9,859 nt of DNA from a virus (taxonomy: Duplodnaviria > Heunggongvirae > Uroviricota > Caudoviricetes): IMG/VR virus record IMGVR_UViG_2585427757_000009. One strand, given 5' to 3'. A program made the translations under genes and the position numbers. The notes under the pieces were generated by a model. It did no database searches and had not been told where the DNA came from. It saw nothing but the letters and a program-made list of their open reading frames with translations. Position 1 is the first letter of the stretch; every line of letters begins with the position of its first letter. Shown here piece by piece: positions 1-7,642 of this stretch.

Positions 1-201
1 AGCCTTGCGCTTATCTTCTTTAATCTTGAAATAAAGGTTTGTCAGGTACGTCAGCAGGCCAAATACCAGGCTACCCAGCACACCTATTGCTGCCCACTGT
101 GAGGGCGTGACTTTATCGAGCAGCTGTAAAAACCAGTAACCGGCACTACCTGCTGAGGTGCCATAGGCGACACCCGTTGTTAACTTATCCATGGATTTCA
201 T
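1..201 (-). CDS. essD: Phage holin/antiholin, S21 (pinholin)-like, 5' part only; runs off the window start
   Basis: Reverse-complement of 1..201 translates [67 protein letters not shown] with no stop before the window edge. Two in-frame ATGs (201 and 192) give the dual-start MKSM motif. GAGGTGGGG Shine-Dalgarno lies upstream. Absent from the ORF track because it is truncated. Confidence 0.8.
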
Positions 202-789
202 AACCCCACCTCGCAGACAAAGCGGGTGTAAATTGAGGGAATACAACGTATCGCAAAAAAGCAGAAACGTAACAGACTCGGAGTCAGTGAATAACTCAGG
301 TATTGAGTTATCAGCTAATATCGAGACTCAAAAAATGGAAAAACCAGCTCGACGGCGGGTTTAAGCTGTGTGACGAAGTAACCACTCTTAACAGCATAAC
401 CAATTTTTTACGTACGTAAACCACTGAATGATATTTATGAGAATGCTACCGAGTGTTCAAAACACCACCACAAATACATAAGAAAACCTCAACAAATAAC
501 CAATAAATAATTTCCGGCGTTATTTTTAGTTAATTTAAATTAAACCATCGAATTATAGCCCCCCCATAAATAACAGCCATTAATATAAATTAGCTAATAG
601 GTTTATTTTTGTTCAAATAAGAGCCATAAATAGGTTTCGATAGAAAAAGTTCAGATAAAAATAGAGATCTACTTCACAAATTAAATGAGAAACTAAAACT
701 TACATCTTGAAATAATCACATTGATTAGATGAATATTTATCGCGCAGTGACATCATTTTTTAATAATAGTTCAAAAAAAAGGGCTCACG

Positions 790-1872
790 ATGAAAAAATT
801 AACAGTGGCAATTTCTGCTGTAGCTGCATCAGTACTGATGGCGATGTCTGCTCAGGCAGCTGAAATTTATAATAAAGACAGTAACAAGCTGGATCTGTAC
901 GGGAAAGTTAATGCTAAGCACTACTTCTCCTCTAATGATGCAGATGATGGTGATACTACTTATGCCCGTCTTGGCTTCAAAGGTGAAACCCAAATCAACG
1001 ATCAACTGACTGGTTTCGGTCAGTGGGAATATGAATTCAAAGGCAACCGCGCTGAATCTCAAGGTTCCTCCAAAGATAAAACCCGTCTTGCCTTCGCTGG
1101 CCTGAAATTCGGTGACTACGGCTCCATCGATTACGGCCGTAACTACGGTGTAGCATACGACATCGGTGCGTGGACTGACGTCCTGCCAGAATTCGGTGGT
1201 GACACTTGGACTCAAACAGATGTGTTCATGACTGGTCGCACCACTGGTGTTGCAACTTATCGTAACAACGACTTCTTTGGTCTGGTTGATGGTCTGAACT
1301 TTGCTGCTCAGTATCAGGGTAAAAATGACCGCACTGACGTAACTGAAGCTAATGGTGATGGTTTCGGTTTCTCCACTACTTATGAGTATGAAGGATTCGG
1401 TGTAGGTGCAACCTATGCTAAATCTGATCGCACTAATAATCAGGTTATCTACGGTAACAACGGTCTGAATGCTTCTGGTCAAAATGCTGAAGTATGGGCA
1501 GCTGGTCTGAAATATGATGCGAACAACATCTATCTGGCCACCACCTATTCTGAAACCCAGAACATGACTGTTTTTGGTAATAACCATATTGCCAACAAAG
1601 CACAAAACTTCGAAGCTGTTGCACAATATCAGTTCGACTTCGGCCTGCGTCCATCCGTTGCTTACCTGCATTCTAAAGGAAAAGACTTGGGTGTTTGGGG
1701 TGATCAGGACCTGGTTGAATATGTTGATGTAGGTGCAACCTATTACTTCAACAAAAATATGTCCACTTTTGTTGACTACAAAATCAACCTGATTGATAAG
1801 AGCGATTTCACGAAAGCATCTGGCGTTGCTACCGATGATATCGTTGCTGTAGGTATGGTTTACCAGTTCTAA
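790..1872 (+). CDS. nmpC: General outer-membrane porin, NmpC/Lc (OmpC/OmpF/PhoE) family, 360 aa, apparently intact
   Basis: ORF begins [23 protein letters not shown] (signal peptide, AQA-AE cleavage site) and ends with the porin C-terminal YQF. Close match from memory to the prophage-borne NmpC/Lc porin. High-expression-like codon usage. Confidence 0.9.
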   Translation: MKKLTVAISAVAASVLMAMSAQAAEIYNKDSNKLDLYGKVNAKHYFSSNDADDGDTTYARLGFKGETQINDQLTGFGQWEYEFKGNRAESQGSSKDKTRLAFAGLKFGDYGSIDYGRNYGVAYDIGAWTDVLPEFGGDTWTQTDVFMTGRTTGVATYRNNDFFGLVDGLNFAAQYQGKNDRTDVTEANGDGFGFSTTYEYEGFGVGATYAKSDRTNNQVIYGNNGLNASGQNAEVWAAGLKYDANNIYLATTYSETQNMTVFGNNHIANKAQNFEAVAQYQFDFGLRPSVAYLHSKGKDLGVWGDQDLVEYVDVGATYYFNKNMSTFVDYKINLIDKSDFTKASGVATDDIVAVGMVYQF

Positions 1873-1886
1873 TTTGATTACTAAAA

Positions 1887-1920
1887 GATATGTTGTGGGA
1901 GGCTTTGCCTCCCCAACATA
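1887..1920. terminator. Strong hairpin (7+8 bp stem, one bulged T) 15 nt after the porin stop; candidate porin terminator and/or tR'-like terminator on the minus strand
   Basis: atatgttgtgggaggc-ttt-gcctccccaacatat. On the minus strand it is followed by CTTTTAG; on the plus strand there is no T-tract. Confidence 0.35.
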
Positions 1921-2008
1921 TAAGTGGCTCCCTCAAGCCACTTCCTTTAGAAGCACAACCTTGCTTCTAACTATACAAACCTTCTGTTATATATTACCCT
2001 TTATTTTT

Positions 2009-2033
2009 GGGGGCGTTTCAACGCCCCATTTTT
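2009..2033 (+). terminator. Rho-independent terminator (plus strand)
   Basis: GGGGCG (2010-2015), loop tttcaa, CGCCCC (2022-2027), followed by ATTTTT (2028-2033). On the minus strand the stem is followed by an A-run, so it is plus-strand specific. Confidence 0.5.
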
Positions 2034-2060
2034 AATAACTTTTAGTAAATAATTGGCGTA

Positions 2061-2444
2061 TTAATTAGAGTTATTAACAACGATATCCATCTCTAACCGG
2101 ATATCTAATGCCATTAACATCCCTTCAATTATGCCCTCAGCCTTTTGTAACCTTTTCCCGATATAACCATCAGAGCAGCAATGCTTACCTGCCAGTGACA
2201 TGAATGTCATACCGACTACATAATAATCTACTAATAAATCGTGCAAATCGCTGTTGTTCTTTTTCAGACGGGCCATGCACCCGCAAATGATCATCGCGTC
2301 ATCGTCACAACATTGCGGGCGAGATTTTACTTTTGAAGGAATTAATCCCTTAAAACCGGCGGCAATGGACGACCAGGTCACATCTTCATGATTATTAGCC
2401 GCCCACGCTCCCCAACGCTCAAGAACCATCTGAATATCACGCAT
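2061..2444 (-). CDS. quuD: Late-gene antiterminator Q-like protein, 127 aa
   Basis: Track ORF 2061..2459 begins with a TTG-initiated MWSKL extension; the internal ATG at 2444 gives [24 protein letters not shown]..., matching my recollection of DLP12 QuuD. Sits between the nin genes and the lysis gene, as expected for Q. Confidence 0.85.
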   Translation of the reverse strand: MRDIQMVLERWGAWAANNHEDVTWSSIAAGFKGLIPSKVKSRPQCCDDDAMIICGCMARLKKNNSDLHDLLVDYYVVGMTFMSLAGKHCCSDGYIGKRLQKAEGIIEGMLMALDIRLEMDIVVNNSN

Positions 2445-2522
2445 CAACTTACTCCACAAAAATCAGACCAGAACGCCAATTACAAGCAACAAAACAGTAT
2501 TAGTTGATTGTTATCTCTGACT

Positions 2523-2645
2523 TCATACTCCTGCTCCTGTCAGGGTTTTGGCGTAATTCTTCAGTATTCGGTAATCGGTCAAAACAGAACCGGGGAAACG
2601 ATATAAGCGCAGACGCCCCCAGCGGTGGCGAAGAAGTTCTGCCAT
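2523..2645 (-). CDS. Small hypothetical ORF (40 aa) in the ylcG position between rusA and quuD; homology not verified
   Basis: ATG at 2645 to TGA at 2523-2525; translation MAELLRHRWGRLRLYRFPGSVLTDYRILKNYAKTLTGAGV. Positional analogy only; below the ORF-track length cutoff. Confidence 0.25.
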   Translation of the reverse strand: MAELLRHRWGRLRLYRFPGSVLTDYRILKNYAKTLTGAGV

Positions 2646-2659
2646 ATTAAACTCAAACA

Positions 2660-3022
2660 TCATTCATTCCCCATTTCGGTGATGGTCAGTTCCAGCCTCC
2701 CACCTTTGGTAACAGGCATCTTCACAACGCGGTAATCAACGACCTGAGCATCATCCAGCCAGAAACCTGCTTTAGTGAGTGCGTCAAAAGCGGCTTTTTG
2801 CAGATTATCCAGGTCACGGCGACGGCGATCCGGCATGTAGCACTCAATGCGGATTTTCACAGGCATAGCCAGGCCGATATCCAGCATTGCGTTTTTAATG
2901 ATTCGGGCGACGTTATCGCGGTATGCCTGCCCCTCTGCGCTGACGTGCGTGCGCCCGCGATTATGGCGGTAATAGCGATTATTGCTCGGAGGCCAGGGTA
3001 ATGTGATGCTGTAGGTATTCAC
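2660..3022 (-). CDS. rusA: Holliday-junction resolvase RusA, 120 aa
   Basis: [120 protein letters not shown] matches RusA. GTG start overlapping the ybcO stop (GTGA). Confidence 0.9.
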   Translation of the reverse strand: MNTYSITLPWPPSNNRYYRHNRGRTHVSAEGQAYRDNVARIIKNAMLDIGLAMPVKIRIECYMPDRRRRDLDNLQKAAFDALTKAGFWLDDAQVVDYRVVKMPVTKGGRLELTITEMGNE

Positions 3023-3309
3023 GCCTTAATAACCCCCTCTTTCAGCCAGATAACCTGTGTTCTCGCCATACCTTCCAGCGCGCATTCTTTTGCATATGCA
3101 GCATCGACAAAATGTGTGCGGCGGTCGATTTCGTCGTGGCAGGCAGAACATGCAATGGTGGCAATCAGGTCTGGCGGTTTGGTACCGGTGCCGCACAATC
3201 CAGTCAGCCGGATATGTGCCAGTACAGACGTTTCAGGGTTGCCATTACATACGCCAGGGATTCTTACCTGGCATTCCCGACTACGCGCTGCTTTTCTCAA
3301 ATCAGCCAT
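3019..3309 (-). CDS. ybcO: YbcO-like prophage protein (putative zinc-binding nuclease), 96 aa
   Basis: Internal ATG at 3309 gives [66 protein letters not shown]...; GGAGGA Shine-Dalgarno just upstream. The 13-codon N-terminal extension in the track ORF (to 3348) is probably not used. Confidence 0.8.
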   Translation of the reverse strand: MADLRKAARSRECQVRIPGVCNGNPETSVLAHIRLTGLCGTGTKPPDLIATIACSACHDEIDRRTHFVDAAYAKECALEGMARTQVIWLKEGVIKA

Positions 3310-3472
3310 GATTCCTCCTTGCTGCCAGTCGCAACCATTTTTTATCAACCAGGCTGGCGGTATATCCGAGCAGTGTTGGTATTTCGGAAGGCTTCAGCTC
3401 CGGTTTACGCTTACGACGATTTGGTACTCTGTAGATGTGTCCGTTCATGACACGAATAAGCGGTGTAGCCAT
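3302..3472 (-). CDS. ninE: NinE, 56 aa
   Basis: Hand translation from ATG (3472-3470): [56 protein letters not shown], stop TGA at 3302-3304. Start overlaps the ybcN stop (TAATG); end overlaps the ybcO start. Below the ORF-track cutoff. Confidence 0.8.
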   Translation of the reverse strand: MATPLIRVMNGHIYRVPNRRKRKPELKPSEIPTLLGYTASLVDKKWLRLAARRNHG

Positions 3473-3927
3473 TACGCCTCCTGTTTGTCGCGGAGCTGCT
3501 GGAACTCGCAGCTCTGCGGAATAGTCAGGTGGCAGCCAATATTCATCGCCCAGGCTTCAACCTTACACAGGAAGACATACATCTCTCCGGTATCAAGATC
3601 GGAGGTATGGCGTAACGACTGGATAGTGGTGATATCACCGGTTACGACATCAACCAGGTCTTTGGTTTCATAACCGAGATATGTGTGTTTGAGAGCATCT
3701 TTTACCCAAGCTGGAGTGGCGAACGTTTTACCCTTGCTGATGAGGTATTCACTGATTTCGCTGTACCACATGTGGCTGAGTGCATTCTGGGAAAGACTGC
3801 GTCTCTCGCGCCACGGTTTAAGCACCATGCGAAAGCATTTGCCCTCCTCCAGATAAGGCTGGATCTGCCGACCGATAGCGGTGAAGTTACCGCGATGCAA
3901 TTTGATACCATCTTGTGGGAGGTTCAC
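3472..3927 (-). CDS. ybcN: YbcN-like nin-region protein, 151 aa
   Basis: [66 protein letters not shown]... with GTG start at 3927 preceded by GGAGGT. Conserved order ybcN-ninE-ybcO-rusA. Confidence 0.8.
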   Translation of the reverse strand: MNLPQDGIKLHRGNFTAIGRQIQPYLEEGKCFRMVLKPWRERRSLSQNALSHMWYSEISEYLISKGKTFATPAWVKDALKHTYLGYETKDLVDVVTGDITTIQSLRHTSDLDTGEMYVFLCKVEAWAMNIGCHLTIPQSCEFQQLRDKQEA

Positions 3928-4046
3928 GCTTCACCTCCGCAGAGATCAAACGCTGGATGCAAAATATCGCAGGTGCATTTCTGCATCTGTGAATGGAGAA
4001 GAGAGGTTGGATTGTATGTGCGCATAAACGTCCCCGTTTAGCGCAG

Positions 4047-4079
4047 AAGTCACCGGAGGAGTTCAAACTCCGGTGACTT
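4047..4079. repeat. Perfect 12-bp inverted repeat / hairpin with 9-nt loop, between the HNH-gene stop and the ybcN start
   Basis: aagtcaccggag (4047-4058), loop gagttcaaa, ctccggtgactt (4068-4079). No clear U-tract on either strand. Confidence 0.5.
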
Positions 4080-4119
4080 AATTATGGCAAGTTGATTGTT
4101 GAAAATCAATTTAGTGGAT

Positions 4120-4902
4120 TTAGGCGCAATACAAAGGATCATTAGCAGCTCTAATACCGCCCTGAATCGCAAGCCCTGTATGGCAATTTGACATTGAGCA
4201 TGATTGCCATCTGTGCAAGGGACCTCCATTAATCGAAACTTCCAGCAGATCTTTATCTCCTTTCATCCTGACCCCTTCATACAACATATCAAGACGCTCA
4301 ACAATCAATCCTGTTGGAGGTTCCATTTTTAGAACGAGGGCAAACTCTCCTGGCCCACGTCGTATTGTTATACGCGGGCCGGTACACTCCACATCCCAAT
4401 TGTCTGATTTAGCTTTCCATTCATTTTCATCTATCAGTAAAGTCTCCTTACCAATAGAATTACAGAAAATTCCTGATAAAAGCATCGGTCCATGTGGTAT
4501 GGGTGAAGGTTTCACAGAAAGAATGGGTTGTTCGTTGACTACAATCAAATTTTGACAGTTATGAAACGTCACTCCTGCAAATTTTACTGTTATAGGCTCA
4601 TTATGAAAATCAAACATTTCATTTGCAAAACCAGCCTGTAAGCACTTGGGATTTCTGTCAGCTATTTCCACTGTCTGTGCTGAAAGTCTACCACGAGCTC
4701 TTTTTTGATTGCATTGGGAGCAAAGAAGTGTCATTCCATTCGGATCATGTACTTTGGCATCAACGAAGTCAGGTTTAAAATGCTCATAATCATAAAATCC
4801 AAATCCACAAATTACACAGCCAAAGCCGCACCTTTGCCTTATCTGACGTTTTATTGTCTCAGGTATTCTTCTTGAGAGCCCGTGTTTATTAATATTGTCC
4901 AT
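4120..4902 (-). CDS. Hypothetical protein, 260 aa, N-terminal HNH (beta-beta-alpha-Me) nuclease motif with CxxC...CxxC zinc ribbon; C-terminal ~185 aa of unknown fold
   Basis: ATG at 4902. Residues ~25-70, CGFGCVICGFGFYDYEHFKPDFVDAKVHDPNGMTLLCSQCNQKRARG, fit the HNH consensus (CxxC, E/D-H, P, N, CxxCN, K). Visibly lower GC than the flanking nin genes. Confidence 0.6.
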   Translation of the reverse strand: MDNINKHGLSRRIPETIKRQIRQRCGFGCVICGFGFYDYEHFKPDFVDAKVHDPNGMTLLCSQCNQKRARGRLSAQTVEIADRNPKCLQAGFANEMFDFHNEPITVKFAGVTFHNCQNLIVVNEQPILSVKPSPIPHGPMLLSGIFCNSIGKETLLIDENEWKAKSDNWDVECTGPRITIRRGPGEFALVLKMEPPTGLIVERLDMLYEGVRMKGDKDLLEVSINGGPLHRWQSCSMSNCHTGLAIQGGIRAANDPLYCA

Positions 4903-5032
4903 ATGGTTAGTACGCTATAAGTTTGTTTCTATAATTTTACCACAATAGATAAGTTTGTATCAGAAATCGCTATATGGAGTGAGCGGAATATTTATATTAT
5001 TCATGCAATTGCTCTCCCGTACGCAGCCCGCA

Positions 5033-5058
5033 CTTCCGTCATCGCAGAATGACGGAAG
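5033..5058. repeat. Perfect 10-bp inverted repeat with 6-nt spacer, 19 nt 3' of the 107-aa ORF
   Basis: cttccgtcat (5033-5042), cgcaga, atgacggaag (5049-5058). No adjacent U-tract. Confidence 0.5.
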
Positions 5059-5076
5059 CCTTACTAACTAGCGCCT

Positions 5077-5400
5077 TTATTGAAACAGATTCTGAGGTAA
5101 ATGCGGCAATACTCGACTCCACTTATCATCCTGCCACGGCTGAAGTTTTACATGTGCCGTTTCTCGGACGAGGATTGCTCGCGCTCTGTTGAGTATCTGG
5201 GGATATTCTTGCTCGATAGAAGTGAAGCGACCAGCTTCACGATGCTCCGCAACCTGAAGAAGAGGAGTAACGTTCTGGTAGGTAATTAACATCACATTCC
5301 CTGCTCGCCATAACCAGGCGAGTGTGCAAAGTTCGTTATCAGTGAATTGTTTTGTGATTGGGGATTGTTGAACTGCTAGAACGAGAACGCCAGCATCCAT
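5077..5400 (-). CDS. Hypothetical protein, 107 aa, no recognisable family
   Basis: ATG-initiated ORF MDAGVLVLAVQQSPITKQFTDNELCTLAWLWRAGNVMLITYQ... between the ybcK-like gene and the HNH gene, same strand. Coding status unproven. Confidence 0.35.
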   Translation of the reverse strand: MDAGVLVLAVQQSPITKQFTDNELCTLAWLWRAGNVMLITYQNVTPLLQVAEHREAGRFTSIEQEYPQILNRARAILVRETAHVKLQPWQDDKWSRVLPHLPQNLFQ

Positions 5401-5511
5401 TGGCAGTCCCTATAGTAAAACCATAGCTCAGGACGCTTCGTTCAGGATAGATAATTTTATTGTACTTACCTAACTTTCTTACTATAGCACGGTTGAAAAA
5501 GTGATTATTAC

Positions 5512-7038
5512 TCAAAAATAAACCTCACCATCAACCATATATTTGAGAGCACTTATCGCCTGCTGGGCGGATATTACTTTCATTAAAGGATAGTGTTTAA
5601 AAACAATGCCATTCATAAAATAGATATCACAGGTTTTATTATCCGTATTAATTATGATTTTTTCGAATGTTTTATAGGCAAGTGTACGGCATAACTCTCG
5701 TCCATTTTTACTGGTTAAGTCAATAGCATAAAAATCACTGAATGAATTTACACCTTTACTCTTCAAAGTTTTCAATGATACCGAAGCCCTTCTTAATTCC
5801 TTATCTAATAGTCTTATTTTCTCTGCTATAGCGGTAACTTCAGGCGCGACAGACAATGCAACGATTAAATTATTAATTTTCATCTGAAGCTCAATAATTT
5901 TTAACTCTAAAGTTTCATTAGCATCTTTCTTGTTTTCAACTGGTTGAATTTTGCTACAATTAAAAAGCAATTCATTAATGATATTATAATCAACCAAATC
6001 TCTTTTTATTGATGGCCTGTCACATCGATGTAATCTTCTCATCGGACAAACATAATAGCCATGCAAACTTCCAGATACCGCATGAACAATCATGGTATTA
6101 CCACAAGCCTCACACTTCATAACTGTTCGAAGTAGATTTATTAGCATAGGATTCTTGCTACTATTGCTAATACCAAAAGGTGCCAACCGAATTTCCTGTA
6201 CAGCGTAAAACAAATCATCTGATATGACTCTGGGATAATAGCCAGCGATTTCACTTATCCCTTTCCCTCTTGCACGATATGAAGGTACGCATATACCTAT
6301 CAGAGCTTTATTCGCTAATAATTTTTCAATTACAGAAGGTCCCCATGCACTTTCTTTTCCTGAGAAATTCTTTACAGCATGATCATTTAAATACTTGGCT
6401 ATTGCATTCAATGAGCGCCTTTCCATCCTGAGTTTAAAAATTAGCTCAATAGTTTTCACCCTGTCGGGGTCTGGAACAAAACCCGTTCTTTTGTCATCTA
6501 AGGAGAGCCATCTCGGACAAGACGCCGTCATAATCGTACCTGATTCCAGTGCATCCTGCCGTTTTTTCTTCCATGATAATTTAACCCGACTTGACTTTAT
6601 CTCGCTTTCTTCATTTGCCCTTTGTGCTATAAGTATGGCTTTTATTAATGAATATGGCTCATTCAAAGAGTCAATATTATAGACTGTATTGTCGCAAAGA
6701 GTTATAACATCAATACCGTGATTCAAAATCAATTTCAGACGTTCAATCGCTTCACCGACTTTTTCTCTTGAAAGTCTGTCCAGACTTTCAACTAACAATG
6801 TAGTTCCTGGCAATATATAACCATGCTCTATAGCATCTAAAAATTCCGAAAAAGCTCCTGATTGTGCATGCTTTCCTTTGAATGCACTTAATCCTAAATC
6901 TTCATATGTTATGGTATCAAGATAATAATCACTATTTACCTTTAACCATTCAGCAATAAGTCTTCTCTGTCGGTTTAATGAGTCACCAGACATCTGACCT
7001 GGTGATGAAAATCGCATATATGCTATGGCTTTTTTCAT
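5512..7038 (-). CDS. ybcK: Large serine recombinase family protein, 508 aa, YbcK-like
   Basis: N-terminus AIAYMRFSSPGQ...SLNRQ and LLVESLDRLSR match resolvase catalytic motifs. Cys-rich segment CEACGNTMIVHAVSGSLHGYYVCPMRRLHRCD fits the zinc ribbon of large serine recombinases, followed by a coiled-coil-like C-terminus. Strongly AT-rich by eye. Confidence 0.85.
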   Translation of the reverse strand: MKKAIAYMRFSSPGQMSGDSLNRQRRLIAEWLKVNSDYYLDTITYEDLGLSAFKGKHAQSGAFSEFLDAIEHGYILPGTTLLVESLDRLSREKVGEAIERLKLILNHGIDVITLCDNTVYNIDSLNEPYSLIKAILIAQRANEESEIKSSRVKLSWKKKRQDALESGTIMTASCPRWLSLDDKRTGFVPDPDRVKTIELIFKLRMERRSLNAIAKYLNDHAVKNFSGKESAWGPSVIEKLLANKALIGICVPSYRARGKGISEIAGYYPRVISDDLFYAVQEIRLAPFGISNSSKNPMLINLLRTVMKCEACGNTMIVHAVSGSLHGYYVCPMRRLHRCDRPSIKRDLVDYNIINELLFNCSKIQPVENKKDANETLELKIIELQMKINNLIVALSVAPEVTAIAEKIRLLDKELRRASVSLKTLKSKGVNSFSDFYAIDLTSKNGRELCRTLAYKTFEKIIINTDNKTCDIYFMNGIVFKHYPLMKVISAQQAISALKYMVDGEVYF

Positions 7039-7237
7039 GGTGACACCTGCTAACGTATGCTTTTATAAACCTTAGTGGCGGGATATAATTTTTTTTTAAT
7101 TTTTATTTAAAAAAACAATTAAGGTCACATTATCTTGAATATACAACAATAATCGTATTGCAATTTTCTTACGCCATAATCTTGAAAGCACAAAAGAACA
7201 CATAAAAAAATAAAGACATTAACAAAAAGCATAAAAC

Positions 7238-7263
7238 GAGGCTCATATAAATATAAGAGCCTC
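7238..7263 (-). terminator. Candidate rho-independent terminator of emrE
   Basis: 7-bp stem gaggctc (7238-7244) / gagcctc (7257-7263) with 12-nt loop. On the minus strand it is followed by GTTTTATGCTTTTTGTT, about 30 nt after the emrE stop. Confidence 0.45.
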
Positions 7264-7294
7264 CATATTTTAGTCGTTTAGAAACAAATTATTT

Positions 7295-7627
7295 TTAATG
7301 TGGTGTGCTTCGTGACAATAGATTAATAACCAACACACCGGCACAAATTAACATCATGCCTATAATGGCTGGCAGGTCCAGCCGTTGGCCGAAAAGTCCC
7401 CATGACAGTAAGCTAATCAGGACAATACCGACTCCTGACCAGATAGCATAAGCAATCCCTGTAGGAATATAAGCCAGCGTCTGAGCTAATAACCAGAATG
7501 ATGCACAATAACAAATAATTGTACCAACAGATGGCCATAACCGTGTAAAACCTTCTGAAAACTTCATTAAGGTTGTACCAATGACCTCTGCAAGTATTGC
7601 ACCACCAAGATAAATATAAGGGTTCAT
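7295..7627 (-). CDS. emrE: Small multidrug resistance (SMR) efflux transporter EmrE, 110 aa
   Basis: Internal ATG at 7627 gives MNPYIYLGGAILAEVIGTTLMKFSEGFTRLWPSVGTIICYCASFWLLAQTLAYIPTGIAYAIWSGVGIVLISLLSWG...LSRSTPH. AGGAAAG Shine-Dalgarno upstream. The track ORF extends 18 codons further, probably spuriously. Confidence 0.95.
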   Translation of the reverse strand: MNPYIYLGGAILAEVIGTTLMKFSEGFTRLWPSVGTIICYCASFWLLAQTLAYIPTGIAYAIWSGVGIVLISLLSWGLFGQRLDLPAIIGMMLICAGVLVINLLSRSTPH

Positions 7628-7642
7628 AGCATATTCTTTCCT

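Larger units (their letters stand above)
1873..2060 (-). promoter_or_regulatory. Candidate late promoter / qut / leader region downstream of quuD (pR'-like); exact -35/-10 not resolved
   Basis: Position immediately 3' of the Q-like antiterminator gene, as in lambdoid late operons. Contains four consecutive stem-loops. No confident sigma70 hexamers identified by eye. Confidence 0.3.

Noticed and set aside
829-1671. 280-aa and 69-aa minus-strand ORFs (829..1671, 1445..1654) inside the porin gene
   Set aside because: Antisense to a confidently identified, strongly conserved porin; low-complexity translations; typical shadow ORFs.
2798-3001. 67-aa plus-strand ORF inside rusA
   Set aside because: Antisense to rusA; no independent support.
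3057-3673. Plus-strand ORFs 3057..3311, 3112..3450 and 3116..3673 overlapping ybcO, ninE and ybcN
   Set aside because: Antisense to the conserved, translationally coupled nin genes; Cys/Arg/Trp-rich translations typical of reverse-frame artefacts.
3685-4041. ORFs 3685..4041 (+) and 3702..3911 (-) overlapping ybcN
   Set aside because: Overlap the ybcN coding frame, which has a good Shine-Dalgarno and a recognisable product; no start context of their own.
5101-5289. 62-aa plus-strand ORF antisense to the 107-aa ORF
   Set aside because: No ribosome-binding site and no family resemblance. Because the 107-aa ORF is itself unproven, this is a weak rejection rather than a firm one.
6395-6682. 95-aa plus-strand ORF inside the serine recombinase gene
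   Set aside because: Antisense shadow ORF in an AT-rich gene.
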